NCBI RefSeq assembly: GCF_009914755.1
Contig: NC_060925.1
Length of the DNA: 64,000 nt
Direction: 5' to 3' (one strand)
Source of the DNA: the human T2T-CHM13v2.0 reference genome, Homo sapiens
Part shown: piece by piece, positions 50,222 through 64,000 of the stretch
Layout: the number at the start of each line of letters is the position of its first letter
How positions within the stretch are numbered: the stretch's first letter is position 1
Made by a program: the position numbers and the translations under genes
The notes under the pieces: generated by a model
Database searches by the model: none
What the model saw: the letters and a program-made list of their open reading frames with translations, nothing else
Told to the model about the DNA's origin: nothing

Positions 50222-51195
50222 ATCTTCTTTATTTATAGTCAAATGATTAGGAGTTTTAATTTTATCTTTAAAATCCTTTCATAGCAAAACCTAAATTACT
50301 GTTTGATGGAATAATTGGGGATGGTAGCCTAGCCAAGTGGACACATTAATGAAACCAACACGAGGGGGGCAAACTCAGTTTTTGTTGGGAAATGTCCTCA
50401 TGTCACTCATAATTAAAAGGTGTTTTGTTTGGCATAGAATTCTATGTATTTTTTCTCAACACACTGAAGATATCATGCCAGTATCTTCTAGATTCCATTG
50501 TTGCTGCTGTGAAGTAAGCTGTCAATATATTGCTCCTTTGAAGGTAATCTTTTTTCTCCTATTTAAATAAATTTCCATTTTGTTTAGTGTTTTATAGCTT
50601 TGGATGTATGAATATACACTGTGTGTGGGCATAGATTCTTTCTTCTTTATTCAGTTTGGATGTTAAGACTTTATAAATTTGTAAATTTATGAAGTGTATT
50701 TTCATTGGTTCTGGCACTATCCTTTCAACTACTGTCTCTGTTCCATTTTCTGTCCTCACCTATTAGAACTGACTATATGAATTTAAGGACATTCTTAGTC
50801 TACCCTCTATGTCTATCAACTTCCTATATTTTCCATTTCTGTCTTTCCATACCACATTTTGTATAACTTCTTTTTCAAATATATCTTCAGCTTAGCAAAC
50901 CTCTCTTCACTTAGATTTGATCTGCAATTACGCACATCAACTTATTTAATTTCAATTATTACATGCTTCCTTAACAGAAGTTTATTTGCTACCTTTTTGA
51001 AATTGGCTTTGCACTCTTTGAAGTTTTTCTTCTCTGAACATTTTAAGGCTTGTTTCTTCTTTCAACATGTTAAACATGGCTATTTTCATATTCTATTTCT
51101 GATAATTCCAATACTTAAAGTCTTTGCAAGTCAGTTTCATCTGTTGTTTCTGCTAGCTCTCATTTATAATTTCTTTCATTGTATTTTTAATAATT

Positions 51196-51558
51196 TTTCT
51201 TTCTTTTCTTTCTTTCTTTTTTTTTTTTTTTTTTTTTTTGAGATAAGAGTCTCACTCTGTCGCCCAGGCTGGAGTGCAGTGGTGCAATCTCAGTCACTGC
51301 AAGCTCCTCCTCCCAGGTACATGCCATTTTCCTGCTTCAGCCTCCCAAGTAGCTGGGATTACATGCACCTGCCACCACGCCCAGCTAATTTTTTTTTTTT
51401 TTTTTTTTTAGTAGAGACAGGGTTTCACCGTATTAGCCAGGATGGTCTCGATCTCCTGACCTCATGATCCACCCGTCTCGGTCTCCCAGAGTGCTGGGAT
51501 TACAGGTACCTGTTGCTAGGATCTAATAATTTTCTCCTGTGAGTCACTGCGCCTGGCC
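51196..51558 (-). mobile_element. AluY-like element with a 31-bp foreign insert
   Basis: Alu reverse complement; TSD ttttaataattttt. Confidence 0.9.
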
Positions 51559-54277
51559 CTTTTAATAATTTTTAACAGCAAAATTTCCTTTTGGAATTTT
51601 AGCTGGAAGAATTATTTGATGCCTGGCTGAAGGTGATTTCCTGAAGAGGGAATATATGTTTGCCTCTTCCTGAGGTCTGGGGGCACTAACATTTAGGGTC
51701 CTTTAAATTTCGTTTGAGTTTTGTCAGCCAAAATCAGAAAATATTAATTCAGGCTGCAAATTTCTGTGCAGACTGAGATGTGGTTATTTCTTAACAGCAT
51801 TTTTCCCTTCCCTCTACCCAGCACTAATGCTTTGGATGTATGAGTTTCCTTACAGATCCCCAGGAAACTGACTGAGAAAGTAAACACCTTTATTTCTAGT
51901 TTACCTGTACATTAAGTCTTCTCAGAATTACAGGAACTGGGTCTCCTATTACACTTCTCATCTTGTAAAGTGAGCACTAGGCTTTGTCTCCTGTACTGTC
52001 TCAACATAAGGAGTTCTTTAAATATTACGTTTTAAATTGTAGTATGTAGGTTATTTATGGATCCTACCCTGCCATATTATCAGAAATAAAACTTCACTTT
52101 AACTCTTTCCTTAAAATTATATGCTGCTCTCCTGGGTCAAAGTCCTCTCAAATTTGAAGCATAAGTTGTTCTAAGAGATAACCTGAATAATTCTAGACCT
52201 ATAATGGATCACAAAGTCATAGTCATAAATCTTTTGTACCTAATAAATATTTTTATATTTTTTCAGCCATATGAGTAGTATCTTTGAGGATTCATCTGTG
52301 TTAGTTTTTTACCAATTGACTCTTCTTTTAGAAGTTTGTGAAACTCTGTCAACGAGAATCTTTTCAATCCTTTCAGGGCTATCTTCACGTATCACTTTTT
52401 TAAGAATCATGAGCATATCAAGTTCTAGAAGACAGCCAATTTGTGCAAGTAAGACTATCCACATTGTCCACATAATTAGTTCTTTGGTTGACCATTTTCA
52501 TATTTTACATTTAACGTCCTTGAACAAACTGTATTTTTTAAAAGTCCTACACAGATATGTATTTTGTTAATGTAATTTCTCTAAGAATGAGGCAGACATT
52601 AAGATTTGCTGAGCATCAACAAGGCACCATGCATTGTGCTGAGAGTGTACATGTGTTAATTCACATAAACCTTATAATAATCCTGTGAGGTAGGTGGTAA
52701 TATTTCTATTTTAAAGAAAAAGAAATATGTACTCATGTAAAACAGATATTCTGCGATACAGTCAAAATGCAACCCAACTATACATGACTCCTAAAAAGTA
52801 AACTCTTCTGTAACTATGCAAAAAAATTACTGTTTTATTAACTTTATTAAGTGGTAAGGAACTAGTTACAGAAGTTCATGATCAAAGGGAAATAAGTTAG
52901 ATATTCTACCTACCCATTCAATCCCTAACCCCCATATAATTTAATCTTCACAACTCAGTTTTGATAATGGAAGATAGTGCCTCTTCTTGATAGAGAAAAA
53001 TACAAAAAGGTACTGATATTTTACTCAACAAGCATGCACTGCATGACTAGCTTAGGACTGTACTGTGCTATACTTCAGCATTTATAAAGCACTATCACTT
53101 GATCTTCCTTTCAACCCTGGGAAGTAATTGAGTCTATGCTTGGAGACCTCTAGGGACAAAAAGCTCCAAAAGCAGCCCACTCTATTTTTTGGAAATTCAC
53201 AGGACATCTCTGATCCTGAAATCCATGCTCCTTAAGTTTGTGTACAGGATAACCTTAACCCTTTCCTTAATGTAAAACTTCACTTATTGGAAGACAGGTA
53301 TCTCCCCATGCCCCAGAGTATTTTGTAATCTCAGATTATTTTTTAAAATTTCCTCAGAAGTAGTAGCATTAATTGTTGCCATGCTGACTTCTTTACTGAC
53401 CTAATTTGAAGGTTATTTTGAGTGATATAGTATCTTCCCTTCTAACAGTTCAAAAAAATTATTAGACTGTCAGCTTCTCAAGGGCATTACTGAGTTTTTA
53501 TTCATTTTTGTATCCTGGCCCTGAGCACAGTTTATGACACACAGTAGGTCTTCATTAAATGTTTAATTCACATAGTAAACTTTACACTTAACATTGTCAT
53601 GCGGAATAAGAAAAACAAGTGTTAAGAACTTAATTCAAATTTTGTATACAGAAACTAAGACAACCCAATTTAAGACACTTGCTATGATTACACAATGGAA
53701 TGACAGAAGCAGTGCATCCAAAATTTCTGAAATCTGATGTCTAGTTACTGCTTTTTTGAAATAGCAATTATATTTTCTGAACCAAAAATCAGGACAAACA
53801 GCATAACTATGAGTCTTATTATTAATTCTGAATGTATGAGTATTAAAAAGTCTTACAAAGCTTAAAAAGTTAAATATTCATTTTATGAACTATTTTATAA
53901 ACTATATTACAATGGAATAATCCTATCAAAATACAGTTAGTTTACCGTATCAATCCACCATACCAAAATAACTTCTTCTAAGATGCCTTGTATAAGTAAA
54001 ACTAGTCATGTTGCTGCTTCTTCTGTGAATGTATATTCTTCCTCAATGAGACTTTAAGCTCAGCCACATTTGATGAGAAATTTTTAATAGCAAAGTTATT
54101 ATATAATATTTCTAGAGTGCTATGTCATAACTAGCTACGACTTACAAAATAAACAAAAATTTCCTGACATTCTAGAAAAGATGCTACTCAGGGTTTGTAC
54201 ATAGTTTTATAGTAATACAAATGTGTAAAACTGACAATGTTGTCTTACAAAAGAAAAATGTGGAGGTCCACTCTTAC

Positions 54278-54379
54278 CTGCTTAAAAAGCTGGAGGTTAA
54301 TGGCAGTTTCCAGGAACTGTTTCATCACGCTTGAGCGGTGCTTTACAAAACTCTCCTCACAGAAAGTGATGGGCTCACC
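54278..54379 (-). CDS. DENND1B: DENND1B coding exon, 102 nt, phase 0-0: GEPITFCEESFVKHRSSVMKQFLETAINLQLFKQ (dDENN region)
   Basis: Reverse complement has tttctatctag| acceptor and CAG|gtaaga donor; open frame matches recalled DENND1B protein and joins in frame to the next exon. Confidence 0.96.
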
Positions 54380-55446
54380 CTAGATAGAAATAAAGATTTT
54401 AAGGGCATCAATAAAAGGTTAGTCAGAGAGAACTAGTCTCTTTAAATAGGTATGTGAAGAGTGATAGAGGAAGCGTAAGGTGCAGAAGCAACAGACCCTT
54501 CCTTACACAGAATAGTTTAGGCTAGTAGAAATATTCCTCTACTAATAAGCCTGTACTACACCTTTCTAATCCAGGATCCCATGTACTCTTAAAATTGCTC
54601 AATTTTACTCCCTCAAGTAAAAGTAAATCCCCTAAAAATAAAGATTTGACATCATCAGATTGAATTATGAGTATTAAACATAGCACACATACCTGAAAAT
54701 ATCACATAATTTTATTGCATCCTGATTGGAAAACACTGTTACTATAAAAACTGCTGCATGATATTTGACATTCGCACTTAGTTGTTATGATCATTAATTT
54801 GTTTTTTAATTAATGAAAAGATTTTACAATCACCTTCTCTTCATGATTGCAAAACAATTCAGGCTGGATACTTTCCAGGATAAGTCCTACTTGGGATCTG
54901 CTTTCATTAATCCTTTGCGTTAAGTAATCATATTTTTGCAAGCGTCTTGTGGTAGCTCTACCAAATGCTCCTCCAAACCAGCAAGGACTTAAATCTCAAG
55001 TCCTACTGATTCCATTTTTTTTCTATTTATTCCTTTGCATGAATGCAGAAAATCATCACCCACTGGCTAATTCCTACCACCTGCTATTTCCCTCATCAGC
55101 CTGAACAGCCCTTTAGCCCATTCAACACAAACAAAGATAAGTGACTAAACTTTATGACAAAAATGAAAACACAGATGAATAAAAATGATTCCTTCATTAC
55201 AATGCACCTTGTAGCAATATTTATGTCATAGGAAAAAGAAAAAGTGTGCCTGTTTACTTTGTAATAGAACTTTGAAAAAAAATAAGAATAATTTAATTAC
55301 AATTATAATTTAATCTTAAGGAAGACTCAATATTATTACAGATATCTTTAAGTACAATTCTGAAAATAGGTTCCTGTATAAATAAAATAATGAGAGTAAC
55401 TAATTAAACTATTACCACTTTCTGATAAAGTTAATACACTATAGAA

Positions 55447-55649
55447 CTGTACTGTCACATTCAGTAGACACTAATCACATGTAGCTATGTAAATGTAAAT
55501 TTATGAAGATTAATTAAAATTTCAGTTCCTCAGTCATACTAGCCACATTTGAACCGCTCAATGGTCACATGTGGTTAGTGGCTACCATATTGAACAGCAC
55601 AGATATAGAACATTTCCTTCAGCATAAAAAGTTTTCCTGGATAGCACTG
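55447..55649. mobile_element. MER3-like hAT-Charlie element
   Basis: ctagccacattt...gtggctaccatattg core; perfect 8-bp TSD ctatagaa. Confidence 0.85.
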
Positions 55650-55794
55650 CTATAGAAAAAAGAAAACAAAATTCAAACAAATTATTAAAGAAGACAATTC
55701 GATAAACTCTTAAGTGGTGTCACCTACCATCAGCTACCAGCCAATGATTCATAATAAAAATGTCATTACACATTTTTATACAGATGATTGCCAA

Positions 55795-56097
55795 TTTTTT
55801 TCAGAGGGGAGGGGTTGGGGAGGGTGTCATTCTGCCATGCAGGTAGGATTATAGTGGTTCATTCATAGCTCACTGCAGCCTTGACCTCCTGGGCTCAGGT
55901 GATCCTCCCACCTCAGCCTCCCAAGTAGCTGGGACTACAGGCACATGCCACCATGCCCGGCTAACATTTTGTATTTTCTGTAGAGAAAGGGTTTCGCTAT
56001 GTTGCCCAGGTTGGTCTCAAACTCCTGGGCTCAAGTGATCTCCCCACCTCGGCCACCCAAAAAGCTGGAATTCTAGGCATAAGTCACCAACCTAGCC
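55795..56097 (-). mobile_element. AluJ
   Basis: catagctcactgcagccttgacctcctgggctca AluJ diagnostics. Confidence 0.85.
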
Positions 56098-57157
56098 TAT
56101 TATTGCCAATGGTAAAGAGCTACAGATGATCTTTAAATTACATATTTTTTAAACCGGACTAATTTACATAAATATATTTTGGATGATCACAAATGTACTA
56201 TATTTTCCACTATCACAGAATTTATAATCTATCGGAGGAAGGCAAGCCTGTTAAAAATAAAGGTCTATTGTTTTCTAATCTCTAGTACTAGCATCATCCC
56301 TAGTTACACTGGGAGCCCGATAAATGTTTTATGACTGAATTTTAAAAATAAAATAAAAATAGCAAATGAGCTAAGCCTTATTCTATATGACATATCATCT
56401 TCACAAAAATAAATACAATTTTAAAAATAAATATAAGTAATTGCCTCTAATGGCAGTTCTGGCATCACTGCTATTACAAAGTAATCAGGACTAATAGTAA
56501 CTTTAGTTTTTATGGGATAGATTTTTCCTTAAACATGTAAAGATGTATTTCAAGACAAGAAGAAATGGATGAGAGACTAAAGTCTATGCTTTCTTAAGAG
56601 TTGGGCATAGTTTAATCATTAGCCTATGTGAATTAAGCTAGAAGAATTCTGTCCTCATTAACCTTTGAGTACTTTCAATCTCTCCAGAGAACAAGTAAAG
56701 AAAAAGCTCAGATTTGCTGTCCATCCACTTGTGATGACACAAATCATGGAAAAACTTTGAACTAAACCTTCAATTTGATTAACACGGTTTATTTACTAAG
56801 AATCTCTGATAATAACAAAAGGCAAAGCACTGACACATCAGAATTTTCTCTCAAGGAGAAAAATAAGTCTTTATTAATAATGCTTTAAAGTTGTATATAT
56901 TAATATACAAGAACCTCAATTACTGCCATCACTGGAAGCCTCAATTACTGTCATCCTTAAGGCATATGTTATGAAAGAGATATTAATAAATGACTCTTGA
57001 GTATGAGTTCTTTAAAATCAAAGTTGAATTGAATGACATGAGAAGAATTCTGCCTATGATTTTAACCCAGGTTATGAGTATTTGAAGTTCATGTGGTTAA
57101 CTACATTGTTAAACATTTCGTGGCAAAATCAATAGGACTAGTTTGTCAACTGATATG

Positions 57158-57636
57158 CAGTGATGTTTTTCAAAGTGTGATCCAAGGTCAGACTTTTCCA
57201 CAGGATCTGTAACAACAAAAGTATTTTCATAATAATGTAAGTCATTATTGTCACTCTTCACTCTCATTTTCTCCTGAGATCCAACAGTGTTTCCCAAAAG
57301 CTACATGGTTGGCAATATTGCAATAGACTGAATACGGAATCAAATATCAGAATCCAGCTGACTTCTATTAAGCCAGATATTAAAGAGATCTGAAAAAAAC
57401 GTAAAACAATGATATTGTTCAGACTAAATTTTTTTAGGAATATAGCAATTTTTCACAAAAATGTTTTATATTCATATTTAATTAGTTTATATTGCTTTTT
57501 AAATAAATGTATATTTTTTCAGTTTTAATTTCTAATATGGTAAGTATTTATACATATACCTCACATAAATTAAGGTTCTTTGATAATTTTTAAGAGTATA
57601 AAGACATCCAGAGACCAAAATGTTTGAGAACCACTG
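57158..57636. mobile_element. hAT-Charlie non-autonomous element, subfamily uncertain
   Basis: cagtga...tcaaagtgtgatcc start, tttgagaaccactg end. Confidence 0.65.
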
Positions 57637-58766
57637 ATATCGACAGTAACAAGTAGGGGTCAAAGGTGACTTCCAGATTTCTAGATTAAGGGTCATAAAA
57701 TGACATTATTTATTAGAGACTGAAAATATAGAAAGAAAACCACATTTAAGGAGAAGTTGATAAAATCAATTTTGGCATATGTTTTCTGTAGTATTCCTAC
57801 TGGAGCCTGAGACAGGGGTTCTTGGTTCAATTGATTTTCGCAGATCACTCTCAGGAAAAAGGTATTAAAGAAAACAAGACGGGGCAGAGGAAAAAGTCAA
57901 GCAAGAACATGGTCTCAACTGGAGACAAGCTTCAGCCGAATCCCATGGGAAAGCACTGACTGTATCACAGAGTTAATCCCACTTTGAGGCAGAGAGGCCA
58001 GCTTCTTATATCCCATATAAGAAGTGGTCTTTTTCAATGGTGAGAGGTGCAAAGATGAGGGTTGAACACAGTTTTCCTGGTGAGGCACTCCCATTTAGCT
58101 AAGTGCAATTTTTCACAAAACGGCAACAACAAGTACAGGGGATCTGGGCAGGGCACCAACAATATCTACTACAGATGTCTGTGAAATACATGAAGATATG
58201 TAGCACAAAGCTAGAAACTCGTGTTAGGAAAATTTGTTATTTAATACATACTTAAGAATTATCTGTACAGACTTGAATATTAAAGTTGAGTTGATCAATC
58301 TACTTATAGAAAACGACTTATGCAATTGAGAAATACCCATCTATAATCTATTTTTTTAAATGTTGTATTATTCATTCACAGAAAAGTAAGTAAACATATG
58401 ATTCTGTAGAGACACAAAGTAACCACGTAGAAACATAAAACAATGGAAAAGAAAATCTCTTCATGAGATAATTCTGACATGAGAGAAAAACAACTGAATA
58501 TTTTGCTCCATAAAACAGTGATGGGGCAAAAAGAAAGGAATCAAAAGCAGTCATTTCGATGGAAAGCCCAACAAAGGAACATAAACAGCTATCAGGAAAA
58601 CATAATCTGCAGTAGAATCGGAATAAAGTTTATATTACAGAGAAGAGAAACAGATTTTCTTAGGGACTTATTTTCTGCCATACATTCAAGGTTATTTTCA
58701 TATATCTTATCTGTGAACTCTGGAGGTCTGGGACTAAATTCTTGATCATCTTTGCATTCCCTATGG

Positions 58767-59246
58767 CAGTGGTCCCCAAACTTCTTGGCACCAGACGCGG
58801 GTTTTGTGGAAGACAATTTTTCCACGGACCAGAGGAGTGGGGAATAGTTGTGGGATAATTCAAGCGCGTTACGTTTATTGTGTACTTTATTTATATTATT
58901 ATTACATTGTAATACATAACGAAATAATTCTACAACTCACTATAATGTAGAATCAATCAGTGGGAGCCCTGAGCTTGTTTTCTTGCAACTAGATGGTCTT
59001 ATCTGGGGGTAATGGGAGACAGTGACAGATCATCAGGCATTAGATTCTCATAAGGAGCATGCAACCTAGATCCCTCACATATGCAGTTCATAATAGGGGT
59101 TTTGCTCCTATGAGACAGGAGGTGGAGCTCAAGCAGTAATGTGAGCCATGGGGAGCGGCTGTAAATACAGATGAAGCTTCATTCCCTTGCCTGCCACTCA
59201 CCTCCTGCCATCTGGCCTGGTTCCTAACGGGAGCTGGGGATCCCTG
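58767..59246 (+). mobile_element. MER1A (hAT-Charlie)
   Basis: cagtggtccccaaac...attagattctcataaggagc...ggggatccctg. Confidence 0.85.
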
Positions 59247-62200
59247 CCCTGCAGCACCCAACCCAGTACCCTGCATTTTGAGTGTTAAATAAATATCTGC
59301 TAGTTACTATATGAATTATTTATATAGAATAATTAAGCCACAAGTAAGTTATGGATGAAATACAGCTGTTTTTCTACCCTAGTATGCTGCTCAACTTCAG
59401 AGTGATAATCATTATTGACATAATGTTTGTGTTTGTTTGTTTTAAGAATAAGTATCTTTCAAGTTCTATATATTGTACCTGGAGTAGAAAACTTTGTAAG
59501 AACAAGAAAATACTTAAAACATAGATTAGATCTTATACTATCAGGACATGTATGACTTAGCAAGAGTTCACTGTGAAAGAAAATTAGGGCATCAGAAAGA
59601 ATGATAACGTAAAAAATGTGAAATATAATCCAAAACATCAACATTATACTTATTCAGTTCCTTAATGCACCTGGACTCAATGTAATGTCACCATTACAAA
59701 AGGAGTATAAACAAACTAAGCAAAAATGTCTGCATATTGATGGCTATTTTAAATTTAAAATATCTGAAAGACTCTGCTGTCAGATATCTCATGGGAATGT
59801 TCAAATATTTGCAGATTCTCACAGGAAATAATAATAAATGATTTTCAGGTTATACAGCATTTTTCTTCTACATGTCCCAATGCTATTATTATGTAAGATA
59901 CAGCAACTCTACTTTCAGAGTATATTAACCATGGAAACAGTAATTTTCTTCCATTGTTGGCACTTTAGCTAGAAGTCAATGAAAAAGAACCTCACAGTCA
60001 AACTATAAAGTTTAATCATCAGCATCAAAATATTCTATTTGTACATATTATTTTATTACTTTATCCTCAAGTTGCTGGATCTGTCTTGAAAAAAGAAAAA
60101 CTACAGCTACCTACTAATGTTCTATTTACCTATGATTCAGCAACTTAAGACAGAAAAAGGAACTAATTTTTCTAAATTAGACATTGCTGTTTCTAGCTTT
60201 TTGTGTGAATTTAAATACTTAGAAAAAATTAATAGATTGTGCATTAACTTTGTTCATACTATTAAAAATTACATTTTTCTTCCCCACAACTTAAGGCAAT
60301 AAGAAAAACACTCTCCATTCTCATAAAACATATCAGTGATATATAAATGGAACACTTACTACCCAAGTCCCTAGTTCTAACTATTCCAAAGTACTTGAGG
60401 AGAAACTGTATATTATTACTGAAGCAATTAAGCAAAATTCTCTCCCTACTAATTAGAAATGAGCAGAAAGAAAGTGCCATAAAACAACTTTTATCCATTA
60501 AAAAGCCAGATGCACACCAAATATTTCTTTGGTGGTAACCATCTCTCAAGTCAACAGGTCTATCTGTGCTCAAGCAAGAGAAATGACATGAAAGGATGTG
60601 TAAAATGTTTTAGTAACCATAAAACTGTGAGTAGTACTTTTCAACTTGGATTTTTAAAACTCTAATAAGTTGACAATTACAAGTTTCTTAAATGTAAATG
60701 TTAAGACAAAGATTTAGTGAATGGCCTTTTAAATTATGGATGCCAACCCTGTGTTTAAATTGCTTGAGCTTAATCACTAAATACAACAACATTACTTACT
60801 GATAATGTTTTAAAGAAAATAATCAAAAAATGTTTGAAAGATAACTCCTCCACCTTGTCAAACGGAGGACCGGATTACTAACCAATCTTTATTCTTAAAG
60901 TAACTTATTTTTTATCCATTAGCAAGGTTCAAGGCAGCCCAGGAAAGCTTGAGTGATGGAAACACATGACAGCACCTTAAGCATTAAAGGGAATAAACTT
61001 GAGTGTTACTTCTGTGCTCTCAGGCAGGATAATCAAGTATGTCTTTGAATATACTAAACAATATTTTAACTCAAACAAACATTTCTTCAGCATTAGCTGT
61101 TATTTAAAAATTTGACTTATTTTTTTATAGCTTCTGACACAAGTGATACAAAGAGGTATAACTAAAGACCATTTCTTAGTTATTTAATACAATCATTTAA
61201 AAGTATTGTCATGTTTAAGGCAGTGTTTTCCTTTCTGGAAAGATGCTTTGTTTGTGGTTATGCTAAAGGGATTTTCCTTACTAAATCTACTGATTTTAAT
61301 ATTTTATTTTTAATAATGACGACGTAAACAGCATTTACTACATGGCAATCCAAGAAGCATCATTACTTTTTTTTAACAAATGCGAACACCAAAGCACTAA
61401 TAGGTTAATTTGCCCCAAGTCATACAACTAGTTGGTCACCGAATGAGGATGAATCCAGGCAGTATGGTTACAGAGTCTTGTGCTCTTACCGCTTTTCTTC
61501 CATTCATTTAGTACATTAATTTTATCTCACATTTTTCAATTCTTAAAAAGTAGCTAACTTACTGTTGGCTAAAATCCAAAAAAAAGAGTAAAATATTCAT
61601 TACTTTATTTAAATTTCCAACAACTTTAAGGAGTTTTATATTTTTCTCTGTAATTAAGGGTAGGTACAATTTATTTGCCAATCATGCCAAGGTAACATTT
61701 AGAGAGTGTGGATTACACACTGTAAGTAACAACAATTTAGGGTTGCCAGCTTAGACGTTTTAAGTACTTAATTTATAAAATAAGTTACTCTTTAGCAGAA
61801 TTTAGCTTATGTATTTAGTATCTGTATAGGGATATGCAAATCATCCTAGTGGGTATTTTTCTCATAATCCACATCCACTGGTTCCCCAGTACTCCTGTCT
61901 TCCTTCCTAAGGTCTTTGAGATTTGAGCCTTCAGGATATTCACAAAGGTCCTTTCTTCCTCTTCTTCAATAAGACCATAATAGCCACACCTGTCTCCCCG
62001 CCTCTGGTCTTGCTCAACTTTGATCTAACATGAACATCATAAAAGTGAACTGTCTAATATACAACACTAAGCACTGCATTCCCATGATAAATAATTGTAA
62101 ACACTGTGCATTAATTGTAAGATAAAGCTGAAACTCTCCTGATTGAAGGTCATTTATGACTGGTTCTGCTGCCTCTATAGGAGCGAATCCTAACCCTTTT

Positions 62201-62954
62201 TGGTTTTATTCTTTTTTGAGAACATGGTGAAAGACATGAAAAATGCACATTTTCAATAGTTATCTCCCAGGTTTCTTGTTTCCCATACATTTAGAAGTAT
62301 AATTTTCTTTTATAATTTTCGGATTCGTTTTGTTTATTACTGCTAGAGAAGAAATGACTATATCACCCTTTATCACTATAAGCTCCTGTGGGGATGGGGG
62401 CAGGGCACATGCTGAACATTATTTTTTGGTCCAGAAGCTTCAGAGAGGTCCTATTATAGCTGCATTCAACATATATCTGATAAACATAAATTATATCTAT
62501 AATGCATCCTAATAAACAGAAGAAGTATATTCTTATACAATGAAGCAGCTTGCCATTGACTTTTACTTTAGATGCTTTTCTGCAGAAAGAGAAAAATAGA
62601 CAAATCAAAACTCCCTTTCAGTACAATATATTCAGTCCTGCTGTGTAGAGCATTAAGACAAAGAAGGGAAGAGAAGAATTAGAAGACTAAAGGGAAGAGG
62701 ATGAAGCAGTTTGAGTAGTAGTAGTTACTCCAGGTAAACAAAACCATAAATGGAAAGAGACAGCATAAATATCAAATAATTTCTCCAATTTATATACCCA
62801 TTATGAGATGCCTATACCACCTGTTTCCATTAAGAAAATTCCTAAGATTTTGTATTCAGTTTGGTCTTTCCATTAGTGAATACTGAATGCCTTTCATGTA
62901 TCTTCATTTAGAAGTAATGCACGTTCAGGAAACATATCTTAAGAAGTGTATCAC

Positions 62955-63390
<436 letters not shown>

Positions 63391-64000
63391 CTATGAGTAT
63401 CATTCTCCTCATCTTTAAAATATAAAGAGTAATATTTTGAAGGCTTGTAAAAATTCAGTAAGAACACTTATCTAAAGGGCCTATCAATGCCTGGCATCCA
63501 ATGGGTGCTCAATGGTCAGTTAACGTTTTAATAGTGATCAAAAATTATGAATATCAGTCAAAATAACAATGTAATTAACAAATCATATATGAATAAGGCT
63601 GAAGAAATGTGTTAAAATAAGTATAATTAATTCATAGAAAGAAGGGGTCAGTACAAACACAAACTACAGCTTCCAGGATCATGAAGGAACTAGACGGCTA
63701 TTAAAAGTGAGGATTAAAAGCGTTGCCAGGAAGAAAGAACACTATAAGTAAATGTGTGGAAGCCTGAGAAGCTTGGGACATTCGAAGCCACAGGCAGAAT
63801 TCTCTGAACTGAGGTCAAAGTTTAGGAAAAAAGGATAACAGACTGCCTGCCCATGGTAAGGGCCTTGAATGCCAGGTGAAGAGATGGCACCTGAGACTGA
63901 TCTGTCATTGGTCTAACCTACAGGTTTAGTTTTGTTAAAACTAAGGGAAATAATGGTTTATTTTTATGTGTATAAACAATCATAAAATTTTAAAAAGTAA

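Noticed and set aside
52310-52475. ~54-codon minus-strand ORF with hydrophobic start (MWTMWIVLLAQIG...)
   Set aside because: No recognised homology or splice context; short ORFs like this are expected by chance
54685-54705. tttcag|gtatgt (and cag|gtaatt near 41590) as recursive splice sites
   Set aside because: Short pyrimidine tracts; such motifs occur by chance and need sawtooth RNA-seq evidence

Overview
Human genomic DNA (it carries an AluYa5), AT-rich and repeat-dense, lying inside DENND1B (connecdenn 2, a Rab35 GEF) on the minus strand. Six GT-AG coding exons (54278-54379, 24154-24244, 17871-17911, 17067-17135, 11949-12005, 10954-11061) splice into one open frame, GEPITFCEESF...FIDGRL...KKGGALFNTAM...KRKLAQ, covering the end of the DENN module and the start of the C-terminal tail. 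Read-through at the 24154 donor gives the short-isoform end GKDKLQYDYPFSQ*. The rest is intron filled with Alu, L1, L2, MIR, MaLR LTR, Tigger1 and hAT elements plus simple repeats; almost all ORF-track entries are repeat-derived or chance. I see no convincing new gene system. The most unusual structures are: a chimeric L1 at 43-47 kb (old 5'UTR, inverted young-looking segment, old 3' half), whose empty site survives in a neighbouring local duplication; a TSD-flanked, nearly tailless retrocopy of an ERV internal/LTR junction at 29.6 kb; a ~545-bp purine repeat grown inside a MER30; and candidate poison exons. Repeat subfamily calls come from remembered consensus sequences and need RepeatMasker confirmation.
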